From NCBI GenBank assembly GCA_965204745.1, contig OZ242010.1:3808001-3872000 (forward strand): 64,000 nucleotides of DNA, read 5' to 3'. How positions within the stretch are numbered: position 1 is the stretch's first letter; each line of letters begins with the position of its first letter. Of the stretch, positions 20,157-30,109 are shown in pieces. Position numbers and translations under genes: made by a program. Below the pieces are notes generated by a model. That model was not told the origin of the DNA, did not search any database, and was given only the letters and a program-made list of their open reading frames with translations. Source of the stretch: Candidatus Latescibacterota bacterium. GTDB lineage: Bacteria > Latescibacterota > UBA2968.

Positions 20157-20707
20157 ATGCCTGTCATCACTAGATTGCGTTGACATTTACGAGCCTGCAA
20201 CTGGCTTGAGCGGTTTCTAAAAAAAACCAAGCCCTATCGCAGGATATGCTCTCGGCTTGAGAAACTGAAACAGTCGCTACTTCAGCATTCTCGTTTTTGC
20301 TACCACGCTCATTGTATTCACGGATGTTCCGCAGTTCAAAGAAGGCATCCCAACAAGTGCCATCGCAAAACCCCCTCCGATCAAGCTATCACGCACAGCG
20401 CGCAAGGCCGTCTCGCAACCAACGTCCATTATGCAACCCACTTTGCAGGCCAACGCATGTCGTCCTGCTACAAAAGCGTTTTGCGCTGTGCAAGCCTCTC
20501 GGCGTTTGAGAGCGGCATTTTTTGCCTACTTTTTTTTGCTGTTGAAAAAAAGTAGGTCGCCGAAGGCATCGGAGGCAACCAACGAGGCTGTAGGACCAAA
20601 CGCATTAAATGAGTAAGCAACACATTTGCTACTCTTGCTAATCTGTGCGTAATGTCAAAAAAAATAAAATGTCAACACGACCTAGGCATCTACCTAGCTT
20701 GGAGTAA
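20157..20707 (+). pseudogene. DUF4160-type toxin gene destroyed at a MITE insertion
   Basis: AGGGAG RBS + MPVIT before the element and HLPSLE* after it, directly upstream of DUF2442. Confidence 0.55.
20170..20685. mobile_element. MITE copy 1 (IS5-like ends)
   Basis: CTAGATTGCGTTGACATTT ... AAATGTCAACACGACCTAG inverted ends; second copy at 51627-52043; no transposase. Confidence 0.8.
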
Positions 20708-20712
20708 TTCAA

Positions 20713-20973
20713 ATGCCGACCTATCCAAAAGTCAGATCCGTCGTTGCCCTTCCAAACAGGAAGCTCAAAGTGGCCTTTGTTTCTGGCGAGGTGAAAATCT
20801 ATAACTGCACGCCCCTGATCGCAGAAGACGCATTTCGTCCATTGAAGGACGAGGCATTTTTCAAAAATGTGCGCGTGGATTCAACGGGTTATGGCATCTC
20901 TTGGAATGACGATATCGATCTCAGTGAATCAGAACTTTGGATTCGCGGGGTAACGGTCAGCGGCGGGAGTTGA
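20713..20973 (+). CDS. DUF2442 antitoxin-like protein
   Basis: V.AL...KL.V.F..GE.K...F.PLKD..FF.NV.VD..GYGISWNDDIDLS pattern. Confidence 0.85.
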   Translation: MPTYPKVRSVVALPNRKLKVAFVSGEVKIYNCTPLIAEDAFRPLKDEAFFKNVRVDSTGYGISWNDDIDLSESELWIRGVTVSGGS

Positions 20974-21148
20974 TGATGGGCGTTCGTCCCGCATCTAGGG
21001 CCTCGATATCCCAACCGAGTGTGCGCAGCAGCAAGGGGTCGATCAGCGCGTAGCGGGTCAGCATTTCGTTTTTTTTTAGCGCATCGCCGTAATCGTCCAC
21101 GCGGTCGCGGAGCGTTTCGACCAGTGTCAGCAGATTTTCCAGCGGCAT
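20957..21148 (-). pseudogene. N-terminal fragment of an HsdR_N-like restriction endonuclease
   Basis: NEMLTRYALIDPLL.TLGWD motif, then abrupt end. Confidence 0.6.
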
Positions 21149-21160
21149 ATCTCCCCTCTC

Positions 21161-21985
21161 CTATCTCTTCCGCTTCTTCTTTTTTTTGCGATTTTGCTTG
21201 CGGGACTTTCGCGCCATCTTGCGTTTTGATTTTGCTTTTTCGCGTTTTGCGGAACTCTGCGGCGTAACACTGAAAATGAGATCGTCTTCAGTGAGAAAGT
21301 CATCATCCAAAGCGGCCTCTTCTGTTTCAACCCAGTCTTTCAATCCCAACTCGATCTGCACCTCTTCCCAGTCGCCGCAAATCCACTCATCGACGCACTT
21401 GGCCGCGTACGCCCTTTGGATGAGCGGCGCGGTTTCCGTTGCGTTTAGATCGATCAAATAAGAGACCAGAAAGCCATTCAACTCGGGGTGATTTTTCCGA
21501 AACCTCTCCAATTGCCGTGCGATAGCCGCGATACTTGCATCCCGCGCTTCGGGGTGCCTCTCGCCGATTTGAACCAGCCCATGCGCCACGCAAAGCTGAG
21601 ATGCCAAACCGTGCGCAGAATCCGCGAGATAGGCCGCCAGCGCGGGAATGGCAACCGCGCCGATCATGCCATACACTTTGGGCAATTCTTCGCCGATCCA
21701 GTCGTCCCACCCATCTTCATCCAGCCTGTGAAACACAGTGAGAAGCGGCTCGATAGCCTCCTCTGATCGCAACTGCCCCAAGGCCCACCGAGCATGGATC
21801 GGCGCCCAAATTTTTAGACTGTCTGGAGCTGCGCTTTGCAATTCTGAATCGGTCGCCATCGCGATCAATTCGGAACTGTGTTCCGCGCCAATCCCCAGGG
21901 CTGTGTAATCGGGCCACTCCCGGAAAAATTCTCGCGCATCGCCAAATGTGAGCAATCTCGCAACGGGTTCTGTATAGTCGGCCAT
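21161..21985 (-). CDS. DUF1186/HEAT-repeat-like protein with basic C-terminal tail
   Basis: WAPIHA.WALGQL, NGFLVSYLIDL.A.E, VDE.ICGDWE motifs; KRKMARKSRKQNR tail. Confidence 0.7.
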   Translation of the reverse strand: MADYTEPVARLLTFGDAREFFREWPDYTALGIGAEHSSELIAMATDSELQSAAPDSLKIWAPIHARWALGQLRSEEAIEPLLTVFHRLDEDGWDDWIGEELPKVYGMIGAVAIPALAAYLADSAHGLASQLCVAHGLVQIGERHPEARDASIAAIARQLERFRKNHPELNGFLVSYLIDLNATETAPLIQRAYAAKCVDEWICGDWEEVQIELGLKDWVETEEAALDDDFLTEDDLIFSVTPQSSAKREKAKSKRKMARKSRKQNRKKKKKRKR

Positions 21986-22017
21986 AGTCTCTCCTCTCTG
22001 GCGGGCAAGGGCCTGCG

Positions 22018-24108
22018 CTAGGGGTTGTTTTTTGCCTGCTGGATCGCCTCGCGGTTGGCCCGTGCGTCTTCGAGCGTGGGGTCGAGGGACAGCGCACGGT
22101 TGAGGTTGGTCAGGGCCTCGTCAGCGCGGCCCAAGTAGTAAAGTGCGATGCCCATATCCGCGTAGGCCCGCGCATTGTCGGGCATGAGTTTGACGACGCG
22201 CTGGTAGAGCGCGAGGGCTTTGGCGTAGTGTTGTTGCCGCAGGTGTGCCAAAGCCAAGTTGTGAAGGGCTTTTGAATCGCGCGGGTTGATGCCCAAGGCG
22301 CGGTGCAAGTGGGAGGCCGCGTCCTCGAACCTGCCCGCGCCGATGAGCATGGCACCGAGGTTGGTCAGGGCTTCAAAGTGGGACGGGTCGATTTCCACAG
22401 CGCGGAGGTAGTGGTGTTCCGCGTCGTCTATCCGCCCCAAGTTGGCGAGCACCATGCCCGCGCTGTAGTGTGCGTCTCGAGAGTGGGGATTGAGTTCTAT
22501 GGCCCGGCGCAGGTGGTCTGCGGACGCGTCGAACCGCGACAAGTGCATGAGCATCAGCCCCGCGCTGAGCCGTGCTTTGAAGGAGGTGGGTCGTTGTGCC
22601 ACTGCGATTTGGATGGCGGCGAGACCGTCTTCCCGTCGCCCGGCCTCGAACAGGGCTTTGCCCAGATTGAGGTGTGCGTTTCGCGCTGTGGGGTTGTGCG
22701 CGATGACGTGGTTGAAGAACGTCAACTCATCCCGATAAATGCTTGCGTGACGCCAAGTTAGCACCCCCATCGTCGCCAATGCGATGAGGAGAACAACCCG
22801 TTGCCACGCGCCCGGCAGCCTGCCCGCATAATGCACCGCCGCGCTGACGATGACCGCCAAGACCCCGATGCCGGCCAAATACTGATACCGATCCGCGACA
22901 AAGGAGAACTGCATATAGCCAAAGTCGATAAACCCGAGCACGGGCGACAGGGTCACCGCAAAGAACAACGCGCCAGATAGTGGCCCACGGCCGATGCGAT
23001 GCCGATAGCGATAGAGCACCGCGAGCACCGCGACACCGGCTGCGACGTAGCCCCACGCGAACGGGTCCGCAACCTCAACCGCCCAATGCGGATAGATGAC
23101 CGCCAGCCTGACCGGGCACAGCAATTTCCCGACGTAAAACCACAGGACACGCGCCGCGATGATCACCCGCTCGAGCAGAGCATAATCCATCGCGATGGCC
23201 TCTTTGTAGTAGGACAGATCCGCGATGACCATGCCCAATCCCACGGCAAAGAACGGCGTTAGCCCGAGCACCTCCGCGCCGGTCACGCGGCCCTGTTGCC
23301 ACCAGTGACAGATCAACAACGCCACCGGCAGGGTAACGACAATGGACTTGCACAACATCCCGAGCACAAACAGCGCGAGTGCGAGGAAGTAGGGACGCCA
23401 TCTCGTCTCGCACGCGCCTTTAAGCGAATTCACCCGCGCCGTTGCAAAACGCAGATAGGCCCAAAACGCTGTGAGATAGAACGCCCCCGAGAGCACGTCC
23501 TTGCGCTCGATTACCCACGCCACGGACTCCACATGCAAGGGATGTACCGCGAACACCGCGGCGACAACCCACGCGCCGGGCACGGTCAACCGCGCCAGCA
23601 AGCCCCACAACAGCAGCGTATTGGCGAGATGCAACACCACATTGACGATGTGATACCCGGTCGGATCGAACCCCCACAACTCGTGTTCTAGCCAAAAGGT
23701 CGTATAAGTCAACGGCCAATAGTGCCCCTCGCTCGTGATGTCGCTCGGCGAGAACCAGATCCGCCACAGGCCGCCAATTCCGTCTCGTACAGGCTCGGCC
23801 TCGGTGAATACCCGATCATCCCACACAAACCCGCCCCACAACATGGCCGGCAAATAACAAACGCCCACCGCCAAACCGAGCGCGAGGACGCCCCAAACAT
23901 CCCGCCGAGTCAGTTCGCGCCCTGACGCTCGCTCCTGCGAGGACGGAGACTGCGCGAGGCGACGTTTGTCGCGCAATTCGTCGCGCCCTGACGCTCGCGT
24001 AGCCGAGGACACTGACCGCCGCGCCCTCGCATCCTCCCTCGCCACCCGCCGCGCCCTCGCAGTTGACCTACTCCTGCGCGGATTGTTTGTCTTTCTCTTT
24101 TTCGCCAT
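22018..24108 (-). CDS. TMTC-like GT-C glycosyltransferase with TPR repeats
   Basis: GFVWDD, YWPL, HPLHVESVAWVIERKD, ADRYQY plus C-terminal TPRs. Confidence 0.88.
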   Translation of the reverse strand: MAKKRKTNNPRRSRSTARARRVAREDARARRSVSSATRASGRDELRDKRRLAQSPSSQERASGRELTRRDVWGVLALGLAVGVCYLPAMLWGGFVWDDRVFTEAEPVRDGIGGLWRIWFSPSDITSEGHYWPLTYTTFWLEHELWGFDPTGYHIVNVVLHLANTLLLWGLLARLTVPGAWVVAAVFAVHPLHVESVAWVIERKDVLSGAFYLTAFWAYLRFATARVNSLKGACETRWRPYFLALALFVLGMLCKSIVVTLPVALLICHWWQQGRVTGAEVLGLTPFFAVGLGMVIADLSYYKEAIAMDYALLERVIIAARVLWFYVGKLLCPVRLAVIYPHWAVEVADPFAWGYVAAGVAVLAVLYRYRHRIGRGPLSGALFFAVTLSPVLGFIDFGYMQFSFVADRYQYLAGIGVLAVIVSAAVHYAGRLPGAWQRVVLLIALATMGVLTWRHASIYRDELTFFNHVIAHNPTARNAHLNLGKALFEAGRREDGLAAIQIAVAQRPTSFKARLSAGLMLMHLSRFDASADHLRRAIELNPHSRDAHYSAGMVLANLGRIDDAEHHYLRAVEIDPSHFEALTNLGAMLIGAGRFEDAASHLHRALGINPRDSKALHNLALAHLRQQHYAKALALYQRVVKLMPDNARAYADMGIALYYLGRADEALTNLNRALSLDPTLEDARANREAIQQAKNNP

Positions 24109-24356
24109 TGTTGTACTCTGGATCACGCCATTGCGCGTTTGCAAACAATATCGCCATTGCTATGTTACTATATCGCGTCTGGTCTGACAAGGAGTAAGTC
24201 AGGGGTCAGCACATACGCGACAGAAAACCCCCTCGCGATTTATCCTCTCAGCGCAACGCCTCCTTGACGATTCACCATTGACTGAGTATAATGCTGGGGC
24301 AAAGGAAACGCCATGCAACCCGGTTCGCCCCGGTCCTTTCGCTTCAGCCAGCGCAT

Positions 24357-24570
24357 GATGGACAACTGGCAGACCGCTTATCGCCAACTTCAGGCCATTG
24401 GGATGATGGCGACCCCACTTTGGGCTTCTATCGTTTTGACGTGACAGACGCTGGCATAACCGATACATTTATCCCGTGCGCCCGCGAATCGCAATCCACC
24501 GCAGGCTATGGCCCGGGCGCGCATCCCAAACCCGGGGAACGCGATTATTCGTTGGCGTGGGAAAAGGAGA
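24357..24570 (+). pseudogene. Orphan 3' gene fragment (possibly a metallophosphoesterase C-terminus)
   Basis: Protein-like WDDGDPTLGFYRFDV...GYGPGAHP...DYSLAWEK with no matching N-terminus. Confidence 0.35.
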
Positions 24571-24577
24571 GAATAAG

Positions 24578-24748
24578 ATGGATCATTCTCGCGGACTCGA
24601 TCCCGTCATCGAGGCGTACAAAAAGGATGTTGACAGAACACTCATCCGCAAAAATCTCAAACTCTCTTATGAAGAACGCTTGCAAAATTTGATGCAACTC
24701 CAAAAATTTGCCGATGAGTTGCAAAAAGCCGGAGGTCGCAAACAGTGA
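24578..24748 (+). CDS. 56-aa partner of a nucleotidyltransferase (antitoxin-like)
   Basis: AAGGAG RBS; DVDRTLIRKNLKLSYEERL; GTGA overlap with the next gene. Confidence 0.7.
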   Translation: MDHSRGLDPVIEAYKKDVDRTLIRKNLKLSYEERLQNLMQLQKFADELQKAGGRKQ

Positions 24749-25230
24749 CGGATTTTGCCAAGATGCTGCAATTATTGTCAGATCGCGGTGTTGAATTTAT
24801 CATCATCGGGGGGGCGGCAGCTATCGTTCATGGCAGCAGTCGTTTGACACAAGACCTCGACGTGGTATATCGCAGGTCGCAGGAGAATATCGCACGCCTT
24901 TCCAACGCATTGCAGGCACAAAATCCCTATCTGCGTGGCGCACCCCCGGGGTTGCCTTTTCAATGGTCGGAAGCTACCATTCGCATGGGTCTGAATTTTA
25001 CTTTACAAACGAATCTCGGAGATCTCGATTTACTCGGCGAGGTGACAGGGGGCGGGAATTATGAGAACCTCGTGGATCGCGCATTTGAGATTGAGGTGTT
25101 CGGAGTTCGCTGTTTATGTCTCGATTTGGAAACCCTCATCCACGTCAAGCGCGCGGCGGGCAGACCCAAGGATCTCGAAACGATTTCAGAACTCGAAGCG
25201 ATTCGTGAAACGCAACGCGATCAGGAGTAA
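24745..25230 (+). CDS. Minimal nucleotidyltransferase (Pol-beta superfamily)
   Basis: IIGGAAAIVHG..R.TQDLD and KRAAGRPKD motifs. Confidence 0.85.
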   Translation: MTDFAKMLQLLSDRGVEFIIIGGAAAIVHGSSRLTQDLDVVYRRSQENIARLSNALQAQNPYLRGAPPGLPFQWSEATIRMGLNFTLQTNLGDLDLLGEVTGGGNYENLVDRAFEIEVFGVRCLCLDLETLIHVKRAAGRPKDLETISELEAIRETQRDQE

Positions 25231-25235
25231 TTTCC

Positions 25236-26978
25236 ATGTCCATTTTTCACATAACCTCACCTGCTGCGCCGCCCGAGTGGGCATTGTTGCAGCGCGAACT
25301 GATGCGCGCACAAGTTACGGCGTGCCGCGTTTTTTATCACCGGTATTTCGACGGGCGCGGGTATCTCAAGTGCGTGCCGCGCTGGGGCGGGAATGATGGG
25401 CCCGATGACGCCATTGAAAATTTGACCGGGTATTCGATGGTGCATACCTTGGGCGGGCCGGCGCATCTTCTCGACCTGTACAAGCAGGCGTGGGAAGGGC
25501 ATCTCGAACAATACTCCGAAGCGAGGACGCAGGTCGTTCCCATCGGGCGTAGCGGCATGTACTACAAGGAATTTCCCGCGTGCTTCGACTGGTTTCACCA
25601 CGGCGAGTCGCTCACGGTGTTCAACCTTCAGGGGTTGTCCGACCCGCACGAAGTCGAATTTGGGCACCGCGTGCGCCGGTACGCGGGGTTTTACATGGAC
25701 GAAGACCCGCAAGCGAAAAACTACGATCCAGAGCACAAGATCATCCGCAGCCTTTTTAACGGTAGCCGAGGGCCATTGTTGCGGAAGGCCACGGCTTTGG
25801 ACTGGGCCGGAGATCCCTTTGAAGTGGAAGGCCGGTTTCCCGCGCCGCGGCACGGGGAACGCAATTTTGAGGAAATGCTCATGCATTTTCAAGATTACAC
25901 GGACGTGATCGGCGACCATCCGCTCAACCTCGCGGCAACCACGCTCGGGCTGAATGCGTTCGCGCTGACAGGCGAGGAGAAATACCGCGCCTGGGTGTGC
26001 GAATACGCGGATGCGTGGGCAGAACGCGCAGCCAAAAACAGCGGTGTTCTGCCATCCAACATCGGGCTTGATGGCGCGATTGGGGGCGCGTGCAATGGCA
26101 AGTGGTACGGCGGTTGTTACGGCTGGGGATTTACAGTGGTCGTGCCGCAAACCGGCGCGCTCGCCGACCGCAATGCCCTGTACCGCGGCGTCGCCGGGTT
26201 TGGCAATGCCCTGCTCCTGACGGGCGACTTCAAATATCCCGCAGTCTGGCGCGACATGCTCAACGCGGTCAACAGCCACAGCAAAACCATTGACGGGCAG
26301 CCCCACTACCCGCACATGCACGGCGACGACGGATGGTATGGTTACGCCCCGCAACCCTACAGCCAAGGCGCGCTCGACGTGTACTATTGGACGATAGACG
26401 ACTCGGATTTGCAGTGCGTTCCCGCGGACCCGTGGCTGGCCTATTTGCGGGGCGAGAATCCCGGGCATCCCACGCGCACGTTGCGAAATGCCATCGGCAC
26501 AATTCGCACAAAAATGGAGCATGTGCGGCATGACACGTCCTCCGCAGACACCCGTTTGTCAGACGATCCCTTGCCCTATAACCCCGCAACGACGGTCAAC
26601 GCGCTGATCCAACTCCAACTCGGAGGGCTTGCGCCGCGCCACGGCGAGCCCCTGCATTGCCGCGTGCGCTATTTCGATCCCGAAGCCCGTCGCCCCGGAT
26701 TGCCGCCCGACGTGGCGGCCCTGGTCGAAACCCTGACCGCAGAGGAAGTCACACTGTCGCTCGTGAACATCGACCAGACCGAACACCGGGATCTCATCGT
26801 CCAAAGCGGCGCGTATGCCGAACACCAAATCACTGCGGTCAAAACCGATGGCACTGCGGCTGATTTGGACACTTCGTGGATTCCCATTCGCCTAGGGCCT
26901 GGCTGCGGCGCGCAACTCACCCTCAAAACCGAACGCTATGTCAACCCGCCCACGTTTGCGTTTCCGTGGGAGAGATGA
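25236..26978 (+). CDS. Conserved hypothetical protein (alpha/alpha-toroid, glycosidase/lyase-like)
   Basis: 580-aa ORF with host-like codon pattern; RWGGNDGPDD, DWFHHGE motifs. Confidence 0.7.
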   Translation: MSIFHITSPAAPPEWALLQRELMRAQVTACRVFYHRYFDGRGYLKCVPRWGGNDGPDDAIENLTGYSMVHTLGGPAHLLDLYKQAWEGHLEQYSEARTQVVPIGRSGMYYKEFPACFDWFHHGESLTVFNLQGLSDPHEVEFGHRVRRYAGFYMDEDPQAKNYDPEHKIIRSLFNGSRGPLLRKATALDWAGDPFEVEGRFPAPRHGERNFEEMLMHFQDYTDVIGDHPLNLAATTLGLNAFALTGEEKYRAWVCEYADAWAERAAKNSGVLPSNIGLDGAIGGACNGKWYGGCYGWGFTVVVPQTGALADRNALYRGVAGFGNALLLTGDFKYPAVWRDMLNAVNSHSKTIDGQPHYPHMHGDDGWYGYAPQPYSQGALDVYYWTIDDSDLQCVPADPWLAYLRGENPGHPTRTLRNAIGTIRTKMEHVRHDTSSADTRLSDDPLPYNPATTVNALIQLQLGGLAPRHGEPLHCRVRYFDPEARRPGLPPDVAALVETLTAEEVTLSLVNIDQTEHRDLIVQSGAYAEHQITAVKTDGTAADLDTSWIPIRLGPGCGAQLTLKTERYVNPPTFAFPWER

Positions 26979-27232
26979 GAGGCAAGAGGCAAGAGGCAAG
27001 AGGCAAGAGGTAAGAGGCAAGAGGCAAGAAGGCCGACCCGCCCAAAGGCAGTTGTCAGTTGTCAGTTGTCAGTTGTCAGTTGTCAGTCCCCACACATCCA
27101 CCCCAGGGCAATGTATGTGTTGACCGCTCTTTCGGATTGGGGGGATTATTCGCTACGCTCCGTTGATTCGTTTAGCCTCTCGTCCGTTGTTCTTATGTGG
27201 TTGTTTTTGCCTTTCATCCAAAGGAGTTTTTC

Positions 27233-28183
27233 ATGTCCAAAGTTAATGTCGGTCTCGCCCGGCGCGAGAATCGCCGCCAGAATGTGTTTGGCGCGCTCAA
27301 CCTCATCCGCGATGACGCGATTCCCAAACTCGCCGAGCAAGTCATGCTCAAACCCAATTTCCTCTCGTCCCAAAATCAGTTGGCCTCGTCCCATGCCGAT
27401 GCCATGCGCGGGGCGATTGATTTTTTGCTCAGCGTGCCCAATCCGCCCGAAGAAATCCTCATCGCCGAAGGGGGCAATGAGGAGTATTCGGGACAGGCGT
27501 TTGAAAATTTTGGGTATCACGCCCTCAAACGAGAATACGACATTCCCATTCGGCTGGTCGATCTCAACCGCGAAACTCGGTGGGAGACCGTGCCCATTTT
27601 GCTCGACGACCGCACCGAGTACGCAGTCCACATGCCCAAAACCGTGCTCGACTGTCCCTGTACCATTTCAATGGCCGTTGCTAAAACCCACGACGTCACG
27701 GTGGTCACTCTGGCTCTAAAAAACATGATCATGGGCACGATTCGCAAAGAGGACCGCGTCAAGATGCACGGCTTTCCCACGCATGGAGAACGCCTGCGTC
27801 CCAACGAGTCCAAACGGCTCAACATCAATCTCATTCGGCTCGCCAAATACATGGCACCCGACATCGGCGTCATCGACGGCACGGTGGGCTTGCAGGGCAA
27901 TGGCCCGGGCGGCACAGATGCGGTCGATCTCGGCGTCGCCGCTGCCAGTGTCGATGTATTCGCGGTCGACGCGGTTATGACCAAGGTGATGGGATTCGAC
28001 CCAGCAGAACAAGGACTGCTACACTACGCAGGACAACTCGGCATGGGCGTCACCGGTCTCCGCGACATCAATATCCTCGAAAACGCCATCGAAACCATCG
28101 CCACCTCCTTCAAACCCCACAAATGGATCGAACAACAACGCCAATGGCACGAACCCAATGCCATGGCGGAAATTCATGCGTGA
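27233..28183 (+). CDS. DUF362 domain protein
   Basis: LKPNF, IAEG, KTH, LKN..G, IDG..GLQGNGP, AVD motifs; AAGGAG RBS. Confidence 0.85.
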   Translation: MSKVNVGLARRENRRQNVFGALNLIRDDAIPKLAEQVMLKPNFLSSQNQLASSHADAMRGAIDFLLSVPNPPEEILIAEGGNEEYSGQAFENFGYHALKREYDIPIRLVDLNRETRWETVPILLDDRTEYAVHMPKTVLDCPCTISMAVAKTHDVTVVTLALKNMIMGTIRKEDRVKMHGFPTHGERLRPNESKRLNINLIRLAKYMAPDIGVIDGTVGLQGNGPGGTDAVDLGVAAASVDVFAVDAVMTKVMGFDPAEQGLLHYAGQLGMGVTGLRDINILENAIETIATSFKPHKWIEQQRQWHEPNAMAEIHA

Positions 28184-28341
28184 TTCAGAAGCGGTAAAAG
28201 GTGAGACGCAAGAGGGGAGAAGGCCGCACAAAAGCGGTAAGAGGTGAGACGTGAGACGCAAGAGGGAAGAAGGCCGCACAGCCGCACAAAAGGCGATCCG
28301 CTGTACACCTTCCGTTGATTCGCCGATATGACGATAAATGC

Positions 28342-28378
28342 AAAACGCCCGAAGCCATACGGAGATGACTTCGGGCGT
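28342..28378 (-). terminator. Intrinsic terminator
   Basis: ACGCCCGAAG...CTTCGGGCGT stem followed by a T run on the minus strand. Confidence 0.65.
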
Positions 28379-28535
28379 CTCTATCCGCCACTGGGCGTAG
28401 TGACTGCTATCGGCATTCCTCTTTGCTAACGCTGTACTCAGAGGGCGACGCCTGCTCATCCCCTCTTGAAAGCGACTTGGTTTGCCGACCGCGACCTTGG
28501 ACGTAAAGCCCCTCACCGTTGCCAGCACCGTTTTG

Positions 28536-29243
28536 TCAAATTTTGCTATAGTCGGGTTCTTCGGGTTCGATGACCTCAATGCCCTTATCGCGCAGGACTT
28601 GCGCCCGGTGGCTGTGGATATCCGCCGTGGCCAGAATGATCCGCGTGGGTTCGATTCCAGTGGACTTGGTGTACAGAAGACGCTTGCGTTCCAGACGCTC
28701 TCCAATGGTGCGTCCCACGCTCGCGGCGATTTCGATAAGGATATGCTGATGGTCGTAAATGACGACGTCGAATTGTTCGCCTTCGATGACGCGCTGCTCG
28801 ACCTCAACCCCAAAGGATTCTTCAAGCAATGTGGCAATGGTCTTGCGAAACACGATTTCATTGCGGATTCCCCAGCGCGATCCCAGCCGATCAATGGCCT
28901 GATGGAGTCCGAACTCGAGGTCAACCATACGCTGATTCATCTCGTTGCGAAATGCCTCTATCTTTTGATCGACTTGCTCAAAGCGTTGGTTCATCTCTGC
29001 GCGCAAGGCAATTATCGCTCCCTCTGCTTTCTCAAGGCGTTGATCAACTTGCTCGAAACGTTGATCGACCTCAGCGCGCAACTCGCGCAATTCATCCAAG
29101 ATCACGGCCAGCTCTTCGCGGCGCCCGAACGCTTTCAAGAACCCCTGGAAAATCACCGGCTCGAGTTCTGGGCGGCGTTCTAACAGATCGGGTAATTGCC
29201 GGTTGAACACGTCAATCAATTCTTCATCGCTGAATGTCACCAT
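28536..29243 (-). CDS. Heptad-repeat coiled-coil + PD-(D/E)XK nuclease-like protein (DUF3782-like)
   Basis: QRFEQVD repeats, LGSRWG..NE, FDVV....HILIEI. Confidence 0.75.
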   Translation of the reverse strand: MVTFSDEELIDVFNRQLPDLLERRPELEPVIFQGFLKAFGRREELAVILDELRELRAEVDQRFEQVDQRLEKAEGAIIALRAEMNQRFEQVDQKIEAFRNEMNQRMVDLEFGLHQAIDRLGSRWGIRNEIVFRKTIATLLEESFGVEVEQRVIEGEQFDVVIYDHQHILIEIAASVGRTIGERLERKRLLYTKSTGIEPTRIILATADIHSHRAQVLRDKGIEVIEPEEPDYSKI

Positions 29244-29403
29244 AGATCGCTCCTTTCTCATAAAATAGCGATGGGTTCACATGGGATTGCGTTTTCAAAC
29301 AAAGATAGCGTATAATCGAATTTTTTGCAATATCGTCGTGGAACATTTTTCGCATCCTCGCTATATTTTTTTGTCATTTTCAAATCGCGCACAGGAGGCA
29401 TTT

Positions 29404-29484
29404 TTGCCGACCATCGTTCTCATTGGCGGGGGTACGGCCGGGCACGTTACCCCGTACCTGATGAGAAATCCGCTCTTGCGATAA
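29404..29484 (+). pseudogene. 5' remnant of a MurG-like glycosyltransferase
   Basis: AGGAGG RBS + TTG, PTIVLIGGGTAGHVTP (MurG G-loop), stop at codon 27. Confidence 0.55.
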
Positions 29485-29575
29485 GGCTTGATTTTCTCGA
29501 TAAAGTGCCCCATCCCGTTGCATTGCTCGTAAATGTCAACACAATCTAAATCCAAGATCATTGTTGGAGGTCGCC

Positions 29576-30043
29576 ATGTCCAAAACGATTTATCTCGCCA
29601 GTCCCTACGGGTTTTCCGCGCAGCAAAAGCAGCATCTCTTGCCCGAATTTGTGCGCGTGCTCGAATCCCTGGGCGCGGAAGTTTGGGAACCGTTTGAACG
29701 CAACAACCAAATCGACAGGACGCAGGCGGGTTGGGCGTATCAGATCGGGCAGGCAGACCTGCGCGATGTCAGGGAAGCGGACGCTGTATTTGCCATTGTC
29801 AATGGCACGCCGCCGGATGAAGGCGTGATGGTCGAGCTCGGCGTTGCGATAGCACTGGGCAAGAAAACCTTTCTCTTCCGCGATGATTTCCGCCGTTGCA
29901 CGGATTCGGAACGCTATCCCCTCAATCTCATGCTCTTTACGGGTTTGCCCAAACGCGGCTGGCAAAATTATTACTACACGTCCCTCGCAGACATTGCCAA
30001 TCCGGACAAAGCCCTTGCGCGCTGGCTGAACGACTCGCGTTGA
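29576..30043 (+). CDS. Nucleoside 2-deoxyribosyltransferase family protein
   Basis: IYLASP.GF, D..D, DEGVMVELG, NLM motifs. Confidence 0.88.
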   Translation: MSKTIYLASPYGFSAQQKQHLLPEFVRVLESLGAEVWEPFERNNQIDRTQAGWAYQIGQADLRDVREADAVFAIVNGTPPDEGVMVELGVAIALGKKTFLFRDDFRRCTDSERYPLNLMLFTGLPKRGWQNYYYTSLADIANPDKALARWLNDSR

Positions 30044-30109
30044 CATACTGTTTTGGATATCCTTTTAGGAGTGGCCGGGAGAGGGGCATACCAACAAAAA
30101 GGTTCAGCT

